The notes beneath the pieces are model-generated. The model saw only the letters and a list, made by a program, of their open reading frames with translations. It was not told where the DNA came from and did not search any database. A stretch of DNA of 59,503 nt, from positions 1-59,503 of the forward strand of contig JAZSLF010000141.1 of assembly GCA_045535205.1 (NCBI GenBank), given 5' to 3'. A program made the translations under genes and the position numbers. Shown here one piece after another: positions 23,029 to 33,490 of the stretch. Source of the DNA: Eubacteriales bacterium. GTDB lineage: Bacteria > Bacillota > Clostridia > Oscillospirales > CAG-272. Within the stretch, counting starts at the first letter, position 1. Every line of letters begins with the position of its first letter.

Positions 23029-24678
23029 ATGCATAAAATTATAAAAAACAAGTTTATACTTGTGATACTCGCAATTGCCGTATTTATTCCCACGTTAGTT
23101 GCTGTTCTCAATTACAATCATGAAAAGGACGGCCCTGTTGACACAAGAAGCGTTGTGTCCATGTCCCTTTCCGACCTTTTCGGCAACGAATACACCTTCA
23201 ACAAGGATACTGAGGATGAAAAAAACGTTATTCAGATGTTCGTCGATATGAATTCTGCTTCCTCCTCCGTCTCTCAGCTTCCCGAGCCTCTTTTTGACAA
23301 GCCCTTCTATCTTGTGGTGATGTCAAACGGCTCAATGGAATCGACCTACAAATATTATTTCAGTCCCTCCTCTCTTGAAGCATACTACCTTGACGGAGAC
23401 GGCAAGGCCTTCAAGCTCACAGAGGGAGATACCGAGAAATTCCTCAAAACAGAATGGGCTGCAAGTGTTTACTCCGACTCAAAAATTCCTTCCATGACAG
23501 TTTCCGGCTCTGACAATACTGTTTCCCCCGCAAATGCATCATGGTTCTACAAGGATTATTCCGGCGAATACACACCCCTTGACTGCTCCTCTTTTATCAT
23601 AAACGAAAAAGCTGTTTATTCCATTGAAGGCGGCATCGTCATGGATTTTGACGTAGCTCCCGATTACTTCCACGTTACAGTTGAAAATGCTTCCGACGGC
23701 AAGGTACTCTTTGATGACCTCTACGAAAACATTTCCAACCTCAAGTTTGACGGTGCAGCTCAGGTAAACGTCAACGTTACTGCAAAATGGTACGAGGACA
23801 GCACACGCAATTACCACGGTGAGCTCTCCTATACCTTCGGTGCTGATATTGCAGCTCCCGCCGCATTCTATCTCGGCATGAACGAGATCAATCTCGGTGA
23901 ATTCGTTTCCGTCACGGGCACAAACGTAAAGGATCCCTCCAAGGTCACATTTGAAAGTGAGCCTTCTCTCGACTACACTCCCACCTTCTACGCAGACGGT
24001 GACTGTGTATATTCCTACATTCCCGTTCACATTGACAAAAATGCCGGCACATACAAGTTCACGTTCAAATACGGCGGTGTTTCACAGGAAGTAAACCTTG
24101 TTGTAAACAATAAGACGTACCGCGCAAGCACCTACAAGGTTGACGGTGACGTTGCGGCACTTTATTCCGACACAACGAAAAATGCCGCAAAGGATGCTCT
24201 TTCCTCCGTATTTGCTTCGGGCAGCGCAACAAGATACATCGACAGCTCCGATTTCTCAAAGGTATTTGAAGATAATTTCATAAACAGATATTTCGGCAGG
24301 CTCTACACCGTAAACTCCTCTGACACGGTATTCCGTCAGGTAGGTGTTGAATACGTATCTCCCGAAGGCACTGACGTTAAGGCCACCGCAAGAGGTGAGG
24401 TAGTGTACGTAGGTGAGACCGACGTTACCGGTAAGCTGGTTATCATCGAACACGGTTACGGTCTCAAGACCATTTACGGCCACCTGGCCGAAGCTTCCGT
24501 AAACGTTGGTGACATCGTTGAAAAGGACGGTGTTGTCGGCTCCTGCGGTAAAACAGGCTTTACAAACGTTTCGGGCGTATACTTCGGTATGTACGTCGGC
24601 GACGTTGCGGTCTGTCCTTACGCAACATGGCATGACGGCGACTGGAAGGGAATTATCTTCTATCAGCCCGAAAGCTGA
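23029..24678 (+). CDS. M23/LytM-family peptidase with N-terminal TM anchor
   Basis: The TM helix is FILVILAIAVFIPTLVAVL. The C-terminus is IEHGYGLKTIYGHL...GSCGKTGFTNVSGVYFGMY. Confidence 0.75.
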   Translation: MHKIIKNKFILVILAIAVFIPTLVAVLNYNHEKDGPVDTRSVVSMSLSDLFGNEYTFNKDTEDEKNVIQMFVDMNSASSSVSQLPEPLFDKPFYLVVMSNGSMESTYKYYFSPSSLEAYYLDGDGKAFKLTEGDTEKFLKTEWAASVYSDSKIPSMTVSGSDNTVSPANASWFYKDYSGEYTPLDCSSFIINEKAVYSIEGGIVMDFDVAPDYFHVTVENASDGKVLFDDLYENISNLKFDGAAQVNVNVTAKWYEDSTRNYHGELSYTFGADIAAPAAFYLGMNEINLGEFVSVTGTNVKDPSKVTFESEPSLDYTPTFYADGDCVYSYIPVHIDKNAGTYKFTFKYGGVSQEVNLVVNNKTYRASTYKVDGDVAALYSDTTKNAAKDALSSVFASGSATRYIDSSDFSKVFEDNFINRYFGRLYTVNSSDTVFRQVGVEYVSPEGTDVKATARGEVVYVGETDVTGKLVIIEHGYGLKTIYGHLAEASVNVGDIVEKDGVVGSCGKTGFTNVSGVYFGMYVGDVAVCPYATWHDGDWKGIIFYQPES

Positions 24679-24733
24679 TAATTCAGATATAAATATTACA
24701 CCCCGATGCACATTCGGGGTGTTTTTATCATAT

Positions 24734-25834
24734 TCAGCTTATAATCCCAAGTCCTTTGGCAATAATGGTGATAAAGTCCTGAACGTTGGTTACTATACCG
24801 ATTGCCGAAAGGCTTCCTCTGTCAGCAAGCTTATTGACCGCAAATTCAGCGGCATCAACGCAGTAAAGGAACACAGGGCGAACCTCGCCGTCATCACCGA
24901 CCGTAAAAGAGGGGGTCATATTGCCTGTTGCTATGGTATGAAGCATTGTGGCAAGGCATATAACTGTTGTCGCCTTCTTAACAAGACACCTCATTTTATT
25001 CTGACCCTCATAAGCATCCCCTATTACCTCGGGGAGAGGTCCGTCATCACGGATAGAGCCTGTCAGAACGAAGGGAACGTTGTTTTTTACAACGCTGTAC
25101 ATAATACCGTTATCAATACCGTAATCGTCAATAAACTGAGGGATAGAGCCGCTGTTTCTCACTTTATTTATGACGTCAAGGTGATTGTAGTGGCCGTTGC
25201 GGTGAGGCTTCTGAGTGTAAATGTCCTGACCGAGTGCAGTATGGAGCAGAGCACCCTCAAGATCGTGAGTGGCAAGGGCGTTGCCTGCCATTATCCCGTG
25301 AGCGTAACCGCTGTTTACAATGGCCTCCATGGCATGACGTGCATCATGGTCAAAGGAAAAGGCAGGTCCCATGACCCAAAGGATATTTCCGTGCTCTTTT
25401 TCGTATCTGAGAAGCTCTATGAGCTTATCGTAATCCTTGGTGAACGCAGTTTCACGGCTTCTTCCACGTCTGAACACAAATCTGTCGTCAATATCCTCAC
25501 AAGGCTCCAAAAAGCCGCAGGCGTGAACGTAAATTCCGTCCTCGCAGTTTTCGGTTCTTCCGACTATGACCTTATCGCCTTTTTTAATATTTCTGTTTTC
25601 CACCACGTAAAGCTTGTCCATCTCACCTATAACAACGGAGGAGTCCATTCTGCTCTCGGCGGCAAGAATCCACTTCCCGTTTATTTTAAAATATTCGGGA
25701 AACATGGAGGTGCTGTGGAAGTTTTCGGGAGCAACTCCGTCTTTTTCGGCAATTTCATAGGAAACATCGGGTGCATTTACAAAAATCTCTCCGCTGAAAT
25801 CGGGAGCGTGATATTTAGGTATACTGAAATGCAT
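24734..25834 (-). CDS. LOR/SDH-like (TIGR00300-type) family protein, possible archaeal-type ornithine cyclodeaminase
   Basis: The assignment rests on the pattern ...GNILWVMGPAFSFDHDAR...GYAHGIMAGNALATHDLE...TALGQDIYT, which I recall from that family. The start is ATG 25834 with RBS GGAGGAG. Confidence 0.45.
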   Translation of the reverse strand: MHFSIPKYHAPDFSGEIFVNAPDVSYEIAEKDGVAPENFHSTSMFPEYFKINGKWILAAESRMDSSVVIGEMDKLYVVENRNIKKGDKVIVGRTENCEDGIYVHACGFLEPCEDIDDRFVFRRGRSRETAFTKDYDKLIELLRYEKEHGNILWVMGPAFSFDHDARHAMEAIVNSGYAHGIMAGNALATHDLEGALLHTALGQDIYTQKPHRNGHYNHLDVINKVRNSGSIPQFIDDYGIDNGIMYSVVKNNVPFVLTGSIRDDGPLPEVIGDAYEGQNKMRCLVKKATTVICLATMLHTIATGNMTPSFTVGDDGEVRPVFLYCVDAAEFAVNKLADRGSLSAIGIVTNVQDFITIIAKGLGIIS

Positions 25835-25848
25835 ATGTCTCCTCCGCC

Positions 25849-26664
25849 TCAACGATACAGATAGCTCTTTGCCGAAAGCTTTTCAACCTGTCCGTCAACG
25901 GTCACCCAAAGGTCAATGTCGGTGGGATTACAGACCGTTTCACCGTCTTCGGATATTTCAAGCTTTTCAAGGGCGGTAAGGTAATCGAGAATTTCGATGT
26001 TTGTGGCATACCACGTGTCTTCCCTTCCCGAAATTTCAGAAAGAAAAGCTTCAAGCTTCTGCCATTTTTCTTCCTCGTTGAACTCGTAGCTGTGTCCCCA
26101 CACGTAGAGAAGCTTCATTTGGTCTGTGCTTTCAATAAAGCTCTTTGCCAGAACGCCGTCAGCTTCCACGTGATGACAGGTGGGGTGCCACATCATAAAG
26201 CTTTTGGGAAGCGTGAATGCGTGAGTATCCGCAACAGTTCTGGAATACTCCATTCCTTCGCTTTTGCACAGCTCAATTACTCTGTCATCAAAGCTTCCGA
26301 AGGGATATGACATACCTCTCACTTTATATCCGCAAAGTGCTTCAAGGAAATCCTTGTTTTCCTTTATTTCTTTTTTTACCGTTTCATCGTCAAGCTCACA
26401 AAGGAAAGGATGATGCTTGGAATGGCATGAAATTTCATGCCCCTCATAGAGTGTTTTATACGTTTCGGGATCAACTATTTCAACGCCCTCAAGAAAACCG
26501 AAGCAGTTTAAAAAATCGGGGTTGCACAGGTGAAAGGTTCCCTTTACACCGTATTTATTGAATGTTTCTGCAAGACGGATATCTTCAATTCTTCCGTCAT
26601 CGTAGCTGAAGGTGACGGCACCTGTTTTACCGCCGTACCACAAGTTTTTTTCTATATTTTTCAT
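25849..26664 (-). CDS. Polysaccharide deacetylase (CE4) family protein
   Basis: The motifs are TFSYDDG ... HSKHHP ... typical of NodB-type enzymes. 271 aa. Confidence 0.7.
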   Translation of the reverse strand: MKNIEKNLWYGGKTGAVTFSYDDGRIEDIRLAETFNKYGVKGTFHLCNPDFLNCFGFLEGVEIVDPETYKTLYEGHEISCHSKHHPFLCELDDETVKKEIKENKDFLEALCGYKVRGMSYPFGSFDDRVIELCKSEGMEYSRTVADTHAFTLPKSFMMWHPTCHHVEADGVLAKSFIESTDQMKLLYVWGHSYEFNEEEKWQKLEAFLSEISGREDTWYATNIEILDYLTALEKLEISEDGETVCNPTDIDLWVTVDGQVEKLSAKSYLYR

Positions 26665-26672
26665 GGGCTTTA

Positions 26673-27767
26673 TTATGTTTCTTCATTATAAATCGAGTAA
26701 AAGGGCATTTTGGAGGAATAAAGGAAATTTCCGTCATCGTCCTTTTCACTTTTGTAATCCGTTCTGGGTGTAAGGAAAGAAATATTTCTTCCGTTGAGGG
26801 AGAACATTTCAACCCTGTCTGTAATTTCTTTTTCGGAAGACCCGTCAAGAAGGATATTTATTCGGTAAGCACTGAGACTTCCGCTGAAATTATTTCTGAA
26901 GGTGTCTACCGCATTGTCGCTGTAGGTATCGCTGTCGGAAAAGTCCACGGAGAAAAAGTCGATATATCTGAACATAAGCTCAAGGGTAGGCGTAAGCTCC
27001 GCATTTTCAAAAACAGCCGGTTTAAGAACTATTCCGAAATATGCATCGGGTGCCGCATTCCTCAGCGTTTCAAAATATTTGTAGAAGGAATTTACCGCAT
27101 CGGAGGTAAATTCAACATCCCCGCTGAACACACCGTCAAGGATAAATCTGTCAAAGCCGAGCTCATACAGCTCTCCCACAACGGCTCTGTCTAAGGTTCT
27201 TGCAACGGTAGCTTCATCGCTGTCCTCAAACACCTTTGTAAGCTCCAAGTAAGCACATCTTTTCATTCCGTCATTCTCGGCGGTGGATACAGCTGTGGCA
27301 AGAAGCTCGTTTGTCGTTTCGCTTCCGACAGCCGCCGTTGATGTAAGTGCGGTCACCGCAGGAGAATTATACGTCAGTATGCCGTTTTCGTTTTTTACCC
27401 TGTAGATTATGCCTGTATAGCCTGCTTTTTTCAAAGCCTGAACAAATGCCGTTGCATTTTTCGTATCGGGACAGTCCATCAGGTCAAGATACGCCCCGGT
27501 AAATGCAAGCTCGTCAAAGGGTGCTTCTCTTTTCAAAACAGGCTGAACGTCATCCTCAACGCTTTCTTCCTTTTCGGGAATAATATTTTCTATGGGCTCA
27601 TCGGATATTACAGCATTGTCAAGCTTATTTTTAAGATGATTTCCCAGAACAAGACCGAAAGCTACAGAACCTGCTATGGCAAAAACTATAATAAGCACAC
27701 GTATTATGACCGTTCTTTTGTTGGAACGGTGTTTGCTTTTTTTACCGCTGTAGCCGTAGTAGTTCAT
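26673..27767 (-). CDS. Membrane-anchored hypothetical protein (possible glycoside-hydrolase-like ectodomain)
   Basis: The N-terminal TM helix is VIIRVLIIVFAIAGSVAFGLVL. No diagnostic motif was recognised. ATG 27767 has RBS AGAGGAAAG. Confidence 0.55.
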   Translation of the reverse strand: MNYYGYSGKKSKHRSNKRTVIIRVLIIVFAIAGSVAFGLVLGNHLKNKLDNAVISDEPIENIIPEKEESVEDDVQPVLKREAPFDELAFTGAYLDLMDCPDTKNATAFVQALKKAGYTGIIYRVKNENGILTYNSPAVTALTSTAAVGSETTNELLATAVSTAENDGMKRCAYLELTKVFEDSDEATVARTLDRAVVGELYELGFDRFILDGVFSGDVEFTSDAVNSFYKYFETLRNAAPDAYFGIVLKPAVFENAELTPTLELMFRYIDFFSVDFSDSDTYSDNAVDTFRNNFSGSLSAYRINILLDGSSEKEITDRVEMFSLNGRNISFLTPRTDYKSEKDDDGNFLYSSKMPFYSIYNEET

Positions 27768-27784
27768 CACTTTCTTTCCTCTCT

Positions 27785-29317
27785 TTATTTCTGAATTCTT
27801 CTGAGCTCTGAGAAGGTATCCTTCAGATCGCAGTAGAGCTTTCCGTAAATTCTATAATATTCATTGTAAGCTTCGCATTCAGAAGCATCGGGCGTTTCGC
27901 TGAGTGCTGCCTCTCCCGTCATTACACGGCAGGCTTCTTCAACGGTCGGATATATACCTGCACCGACAGCCGCAAGAATGGCAACGCCCAAAGCAGGCCC
28001 CTCGGCTGCTTTTATCTGTTTTATGGGAAGCTCAAAGGCGGAGCATATTATCTTTCTCCAAAGAGGACTCTTTGCACCGCCGCCGCAAAGAAGCATTCCG
28101 TCAGGTGCAATATCCATGCTGTGAAGAATTCCGAGACAGTCCTTGAGAGAGAATGCAACACCCTCCATTACCGCACGGATAAAGTGTGCTCTCGTATGCA
28201 TCGCCGAAATACCGAAAAATACTCCTCGGCAATCGGGATCAAGGTGAGGTGTTCTCTCACCCATTAGATAAGGAAGGTACAGAAGTCCGTCACTTCCCAC
28301 ACCTATTTTCGCCGCTTCGCTATCTGTTATTTTATAAACATCTTCGCCTGTCTTTTCTGCTTCAACGGTCTCAGCCGCACAGAACTGATTTTTGAACCAT
28401 TGCATTGAAAGACCTGCACCCTGAGTAACTCCCATTACGTGCCAACAGCCGGGAACTGCACAGCAGAAGGTATGAACTCTGCCCTCGGGGTCGATAACGG
28501 GACCGTCTGTATGTGCATAAACGACACCTGACGTACCGACGGTTGTGAATGCACTTCCGGCTTTTACAACACCCATACCGACAGCCGCCGCCGCATTGTC
28601 ACCTGCACCGCCGACAACAAGGGTGCTCACGGAAAGGCCTGTCACCTTTGCCGCTTCTTCGCTTATATGTCCCGTAACCTCCGGAGACTCGTATACCTTG
28701 GGAAGCCATGAGGCAGGAATGCCCATGGCATTTATAACTGTTTCGGACCAGCATCTGCCCGGCACATCAAGAAGCTGCATTCCCGATGCATCGGAAACCT
28801 CAGTTGCAAAATCGCCCGTCAGCTTATAACGCAGATAGTCTTTTGGAAGAAGAATATGCTCACATTTTGCAAAGTTTTCCGGCTCATTGTTTTTGACCCA
28901 AAGTATCTTGGAAGCGGTAAAGCCTGTGAGTGCAGGGTTTGCCGTTATCTCAATGAGCTTTTCTTTACCCAGCATTTCGGTTAGCTGTTCGCATTCCTTG
29001 CCTGTTCTCTGGTCGCACCAGAGAATTGCAGGTCTTATTACCTCACAGCCTTCGTCAAGCATGACAAGGCCGTGCATCTGTCCGGAAATACCGAGAGAGA
29101 CTATATCCGCTTTATCAACACCGCTTTTTTTGATAACTTCAGAAATCGTTTCAACTGCCGCATTATACCAATCCGAAGGATTCTGCTCCGCCCAGCCGTT
29201 GTGGGGCTGATACAAAGGATACTCAACAGACGCAGAAGCTGTTTCCGAACCCTTCTCATCAAAAAGAACAGTTTTCGTAGCAGAAGTTCCCAGATCTATT
29301 CCTATAACGTATTTCAT
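27785..29317 (-). CDS. xylB: Xylulokinase (FGGY family)
   Basis: The N-terminus is MKYVIGIDLGTSATKTVLFD, with GGGAKSPLWRKI later in the protein. It lies directly downstream of xylA. Confidence 0.9.
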   Translation of the reverse strand: MKYVIGIDLGTSATKTVLFDEKGSETASASVEYPLYQPHNGWAEQNPSDWYNAAVETISEVIKKSGVDKADIVSLGISGQMHGLVMLDEGCEVIRPAILWCDQRTGKECEQLTEMLGKEKLIEITANPALTGFTASKILWVKNNEPENFAKCEHILLPKDYLRYKLTGDFATEVSDASGMQLLDVPGRCWSETVINAMGIPASWLPKVYESPEVTGHISEEAAKVTGLSVSTLVVGGAGDNAAAAVGMGVVKAGSAFTTVGTSGVVYAHTDGPVIDPEGRVHTFCCAVPGCWHVMGVTQGAGLSMQWFKNQFCAAETVEAEKTGEDVYKITDSEAAKIGVGSDGLLYLPYLMGERTPHLDPDCRGVFFGISAMHTRAHFIRAVMEGVAFSLKDCLGILHSMDIAPDGMLLCGGGAKSPLWRKIICSAFELPIKQIKAAEGPALGVAILAAVGAGIYPTVEEACRVMTGEAALSETPDASECEAYNEYYRIYGKLYCDLKDTFSELRRIQK

Positions 29318-29321
29318 TATC

Positions 29322-30638
29322 TTATTCTCCGAAAAGTATGGAATTTACAACAGACTGAAGCATTTCCTGTCTGCCGGAGGATGCTCCCTCGCACTTGCCG
29401 AGAGAAAGTGCGTGAGCTGAAAGCTCCTCAAGTGTAGCCTCTCCGCTTACTATTTTTGCTCCTATTCCTTCCTTGAAGCTTGCATAACGCTCATCGATAA
29501 ACGCATCAATTCTGCCGTCTTCAATAATTGCCGCCGCCTTGAGAAGACCGAGAGCAAAGGTATCCATGCCGAGAATGAAGGCGTGTACCATATCTTCCTT
29601 CGTATTGGAGGGACGTCTGTTCTTCGCATCGAAGTTAAAGCCGCCGTTCTTCATACCGCCTGCTTTAAGAACCTCATACATACACATCGTTGTTTCGTAT
29701 ACGTTGAAGGGAAATTCGTCGGTATCCCAGCCGAGAAGCAGATCCCCCTGGTTTGCATCTATGCTTCCGAGCATACCGTTTGCCGCAGAAATTCTCAGCT
29801 CATGCTGGAATGAATGTCCCGCAAGTGTGGCATGGTTTGCTTCGATATTCATTTTGAAATCCTTGTCAAGACCGTACTTGCGAAGGAAACCGATAGACGT
29901 TGCCGCATCAAAGTCATACTGATGCTTCATGGGTTCCTTGGGCTTGGGTTCGATGAAGAAATCTCCGTCGAAGCCGATGCTTCTGCCGTATGCAACAGCC
30001 ATCTTCATAAGACGTGCAATATTCTCTTCTTCAAACTTAACATCAGTATTGAGAAGGCTTTCATAGCCCTCTCTGCCGCCCCAGAAAACATAACCCTTTC
30101 CGCCGAGCTTTACTGTAAGGTCAAGTGCCTTCTTGATCTGAGCAGCCGCAAAGCAGTAAACCTCTGCACTGTTTGTACTTCCCGCACCATTCATGAAACG
30201 GGGATTTGAGAACATATTTGCTGTTCCCCAAAGACATTTGATACCTGTCTCGTTCATTTTTTCGAGAATATAATCTGTTATTTCATCAAGACGTGCATTT
30301 GTCTCATTGATGTCCTCTGCTTCGGGAACAAGGTCAACATCGTGGAAGCAGAAATATTCGATGCCGAGCTTCGACATAAACTCAAAGCCTGCATCAACCT
30401 TTGCCTTAGCATGAGCCATCGTGCCGGGCTCTGCACCGAAGGACTTGTCAGCAGTTCCTCTGCCGAACATATCGGAGCCTTCTGCACAAAGATTGTGCCA
30501 CCAAGCCATAGCAAAAGGCAGATGCTCCTTCATGGTCTTTCCCAAAACCACCTTTTCCGCATCGTAATATTTGAATGCAAAAGGCTCTGTGCTTTTTGCA
30601 CCTTCAAATTTAATCTTTTCAATAAAATCAAAATACAT
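29322..30638 (-). CDS. xylA: Xylose isomerase
   Basis: Motifs [16 protein letters not shown]..., [13 protein letters not shown] and IEPKPKEP. The start is ATG 30638 (MYFDFIEKI) with RBS AGAGGAAG. Confidence 0.92.
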   Translation of the reverse strand: MYFDFIEKIKFEGAKSTEPFAFKYYDAEKVVLGKTMKEHLPFAMAWWHNLCAEGSDMFGRGTADKSFGAEPGTMAHAKAKVDAGFEFMSKLGIEYFCFHDVDLVPEAEDINETNARLDEITDYILEKMNETGIKCLWGTANMFSNPRFMNGAGSTNSAEVYCFAAAQIKKALDLTVKLGGKGYVFWGGREGYESLLNTDVKFEEENIARLMKMAVAYGRSIGFDGDFFIEPKPKEPMKHQYDFDAATSIGFLRKYGLDKDFKMNIEANHATLAGHSFQHELRISAANGMLGSIDANQGDLLLGWDTDEFPFNVYETTMCMYEVLKAGGMKNGGFNFDAKNRRPSNTKEDMVHAFILGMDTFALGLLKAAAIIEDGRIDAFIDERYASFKEGIGAKIVSGEATLEELSAHALSLGKCEGASSGRQEMLQSVVNSILFGE

Positions 30639-30853
30639 AATGCTTCCTCTTTCTGCATCTTTCCGATGCACAAATATTATTTTAATAAAAGATATAATAA
30701 CCCTATATTACTCTATATATTATTTTAAGGATTATTTTTATAATGTCAACGGCTTTTGGCAAAAAATAATAGACAAACACATATATTTTACATCTGAGAG
30801 GTACACCCTCCGTTTACCTTTATCGGCACAGCGAATTTATTTATTCAAAAAAC

Positions 30854-30882
30854 TTGACACAAGCACTTGTGTGTGTTATAAT
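30854..30882 (+). promoter_or_regulatory. Consensus promoter of tRNA-Gln
   Basis: TTGACA (30854-30859), 17 nt, TATAAT (30877-30882), with a TG at -15/-14. The tRNA begins about 6 nt after the predicted transcription start. Confidence 0.7.
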
Positions 30883-30894
30883 TTCTAAGCATAA

Positions 30895-30968
30895 TGGGAT
30901 ATGGTGTAGAGGTAACACACAAGACTTTGACTCTTGCTTCGTAGGTTCGATCCCTGCTATCCCAGCCA
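30895..30968 (+). tRNA. tRNA-Gln (anticodon TTG), CCA encoded
   Basis: Acceptor TGGGATA/TATCCCA. Anticodon arm CAAGA-CTTTGAC-TCTTG. T arm GTAGG-TTCGATC-CCTGC. 74 nt. Confidence 0.9.
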
Positions 30969-30970
30969 AA

Positions 30971-31014
30971 AAGAAACGACAATTTTTCAAAAGAAAGATT
31001 GTCGTTTCTTTTTG
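30971..31014 (+). terminator. Rho-independent terminator after tRNA-Gln
   Basis: AAGAAACGACAAT ... ATTGTCGTTTCTT is a 13-bp stem followed by a T-run. Confidence 0.8.
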
Positions 31015-31305
31015 TTCTCTTATCTCTTATCTCTTCTCTTTTCTCTCTTCTCTAAAAATTGTCGTTTCCGGATAAAAGATAAATTCTAATAATATAATGA
31101 AAGAAACAAAACAAATCCGAACGATAGTATTGATTATTTCGATACCGTATGCTATAATTTAATATGAAATATTAGTATATAAAGGCACATTTTAGCTCAC
31201 GTAATACCATTAATTCATATACCTATACTCATCATACACGGGAATATCCTCTGTATATTTACCGTATAGTTCCGAAATATATACAGTTGATGAAAGGAAG
31301 AATCT

Positions 31306-32181
31306 ATGACAAAGAATAATATGTCATCATTTAAAACAGTATCTACTTCCGAGCATAAACTATTTGATCTGCATCTGAAGGAGACTTTCGGATACCGTGA
31401 TTTAATTATGCTTTTCGTTAAGCGAAACTTTATAGCTGATTACAAACAAACGATCCTTGGACCGCTTTGGGCAATAATAAACCCTTTGTTCAACACATTT
31501 GTTTTTGCATTCATTTTCGGCAGTCTGGCAGGACTTACAACTTCAGATGTACCCGGAGATTATATCATTCCTTCGTTTCTTTTCTATCTGTCCGGTAACA
31601 TCTGCTGGAGTTATTTCTCATCCACTTTGAATGCAACGTCAAACACATTTATACAAAACAGTAGTACTATGGGCAAGGTATACTATCCCCGTCTTGTTGC
31701 ACCGGTATCTACGGCAATCAGCGGACTGATCTCACTCGGCATCCAATTCGTAATGTTCTTCATGCTGTGGGGTTTTTATCTTATCGCAGGAGATACGAGT
31801 ATCATCGTAACACCCAAGCTTTTGCTGCTGCCGCTGTGCGTGCTGCAGATGATGATACTCTCCACCGGACTTGGTATCATTGTTTCCTCGCTTACAACAA
31901 AATACCGAGACCTCGTAAAGCTGGTATCTCTCCTCTTATCTGTGTGGAGATACTTTTCTCCCGTCGCATACGGTCTTCAGCTTGTTCCGGAAAAGTATCA
32001 GTTTTTGTATATGCTGAATCCTTTTTCATCCATAGTCACCTCATTCCGTTACTTCACTTTCGGTTTTGGTTATTTCAATATTACAAGTTACCTTATAAGC
32101 TGGGGTGTAAGCTTTGTACTGTTCTTCATCAGTTTGATCCTGTTCAGTAGGATCGAAAGAACCTTCATGGACACTATTTAA
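31306..32181 (+). CDS. ABC-2 type polysaccharide/teichoic-acid export permease (Wzm/TagG-like)
   Basis: Six hydrophobic helices, 291 aa, immediately upstream of the Wzt/TagH-type ATPase. Confidence 0.85.
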   Translation: MTKNNMSSFKTVSTSEHKLFDLHLKETFGYRDLIMLFVKRNFIADYKQTILGPLWAIINPLFNTFVFAFIFGSLAGLTTSDVPGDYIIPSFLFYLSGNICWSYFSSTLNATSNTFIQNSSTMGKVYYPRLVAPVSTAISGLISLGIQFVMFFMLWGFYLIAGDTSIIVTPKLLLLPLCVLQMMILSTGLGIIVSSLTTKYRDLVKLVSLLLSVWRYFSPVAYGLQLVPEKYQFLYMLNPFSSIVTSFRYFTFGFGYFNITSYLISWGVSFVLFFISLILFSRIERTFMDTI

Positions 32182-32196
32182 GGGGAAGCAATTGTT

Positions 32197-33486
32197 ATGA
32201 ATGAATTGATGATAAAAATTGTTGATTTAAAAAAGCGATATAAGCTTGGACAGATCGGCGGAACAACGCTTCGTGACGAGCTTCAGAGAAAAATTGCAAA
32301 AGCTCGCGGCAAAGAAGATCCGACATCCAAGATCGGATCAAAGCAATATGCACAGGGTGAAATATTTTGGGCTCTGAACGGCATCTCTTTCGAGGTTAAA
32401 AAGGGAGAACGTATTGGTATTATCGGTCACAACGGTGCCGGAAAATCAACCCTTTTAAAGCTGATATCACGCATAACTGCACCAACCGAAGGTGCTATAG
32501 GTCTCAATGGCAGAATAACTTCTATGCTTGAGGTCGGAACAGGCTTCCACGGGGAGCTTACAGGACGTGAAAACATATACATGAACGGTGCTATCCTCGG
32601 AATGACAAAAAAAGAGATCGATAAAAAGATGGAGGACATCATCGAATTTTCCGAAGTCAGACAGTTTATCGACACTCCCGTTAAGCGTTATTCTTCCGGT
32701 ATGTATGTAAAGCTCGCCTTTTCGGTTGCAGCTCATCTTGATTCCGAGATCATGATAATGGATGAAGTACTCGCAGTCGGTGACGTAGCTTTTCAAAATA
32801 AGTGCATCGACAAGATGAACGAAGTCTCCCGCTCAGAAGACAGAACCATACTTTATGTGTCACACAACATGAACACTGTTCGTAAGCTTTGTGACCGTGT
32901 CATCGTTCTCGACCATGGCAAAGTTGTATTCGACGGCCCTACCGAAGCGGGAATCAAGGTCTATCTGAACGATATTCAGGCTCTTGACCAACCGTATATC
33001 GATCTGTCAAAAAAAGAACGTCCGAAATATTCTACAAACGAAATCAGAATGGATTATATCAAAATGCTTGGCAAGGATAACGTTACCTTTGAAAGCGGAG
33101 AACCTATTCATTTTGAACTCGGATGGACATGCTTAAAGGATCTTAAGGATCTGAGAATTCAGCTGATTTTCGGTTATAATTTTGAACGGTCTGTCGGCTC
33201 ATCCTTCTCGATTCCGTTTACTGATGCAAACAACGGTGAAAAGCACGTTTCAAGGTTTGATATTGATACGGGCATATTCCCCAAGGGCAAGTACACCATT
33301 ACTATCGCTCTTCATCATTTGGACCCTTCAACAGGACAGCAATACCATCATGATTTTATCGTGAGAGCTTGTTCGTTCCAGGTCGTTCCCCGTCAGGACG
33401 ATGATAAGAACGTAACGTGGTATCACGAAGGTTGGGGATCTGTAAAACTTCCCGAAATCAAAGTGGAAAACAGATTGGAGAAGTGA
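32197..33486 (+). CDS. ABC polysaccharide export ATPase (Wzt/TagH-like) with C-terminal extension (putative glycan-binding domain)
   Basis: Walker A is GHNGAGKST, the signature is YSSGM and Walker B is IMIMDE. About 170 extra C-terminal residues follow. Confidence 0.85.
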   Translation: MNELMIKIVDLKKRYKLGQIGGTTLRDELQRKIAKARGKEDPTSKIGSKQYAQGEIFWALNGISFEVKKGERIGIIGHNGAGKSTLLKLISRITAPTEGAIGLNGRITSMLEVGTGFHGELTGRENIYMNGAILGMTKKEIDKKMEDIIEFSEVRQFIDTPVKRYSSGMYVKLAFSVAAHLDSEIMIMDEVLAVGDVAFQNKCIDKMNEVSRSEDRTILYVSHNMNTVRKLCDRVIVLDHGKVVFDGPTEAGIKVYLNDIQALDQPYIDLSKKERPKYSTNEIRMDYIKMLGKDNVTFESGEPIHFELGWTCLKDLKDLRIQLIFGYNFERSVGSSFSIPFTDANNGEKHVSRFDIDTGIFPKGKYTITIALHHLDPSTGQQYHHDFIVRACSFQVVPRQDDDKNVTWYHEGWGSVKLPEIKVENRLEK

Positions 33487-33490
33487 TCTA

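Noticed and set aside
24506-25864. 452-aa ORF on the plus strand
   Set aside because: It lies antisense across the whole 24734-25834 gene. It has no RBS and a low-complexity, Val/Ser/Cys-rich translation with no motif. It is a shadow ORF of the better-supported minus-strand gene.
31017-31055. CT-rich tract (CTCTTATCTCTTATCTCTTCTCTTTTCTCTCTTCTC) as a phase-variable microsatellite
   Set aside because: It is an irregular pyrimidine tract, not a pure repeat unit. It lies after the tRNA-Gln terminator and about 250 nt from the next start codon, so no mechanism is evident.
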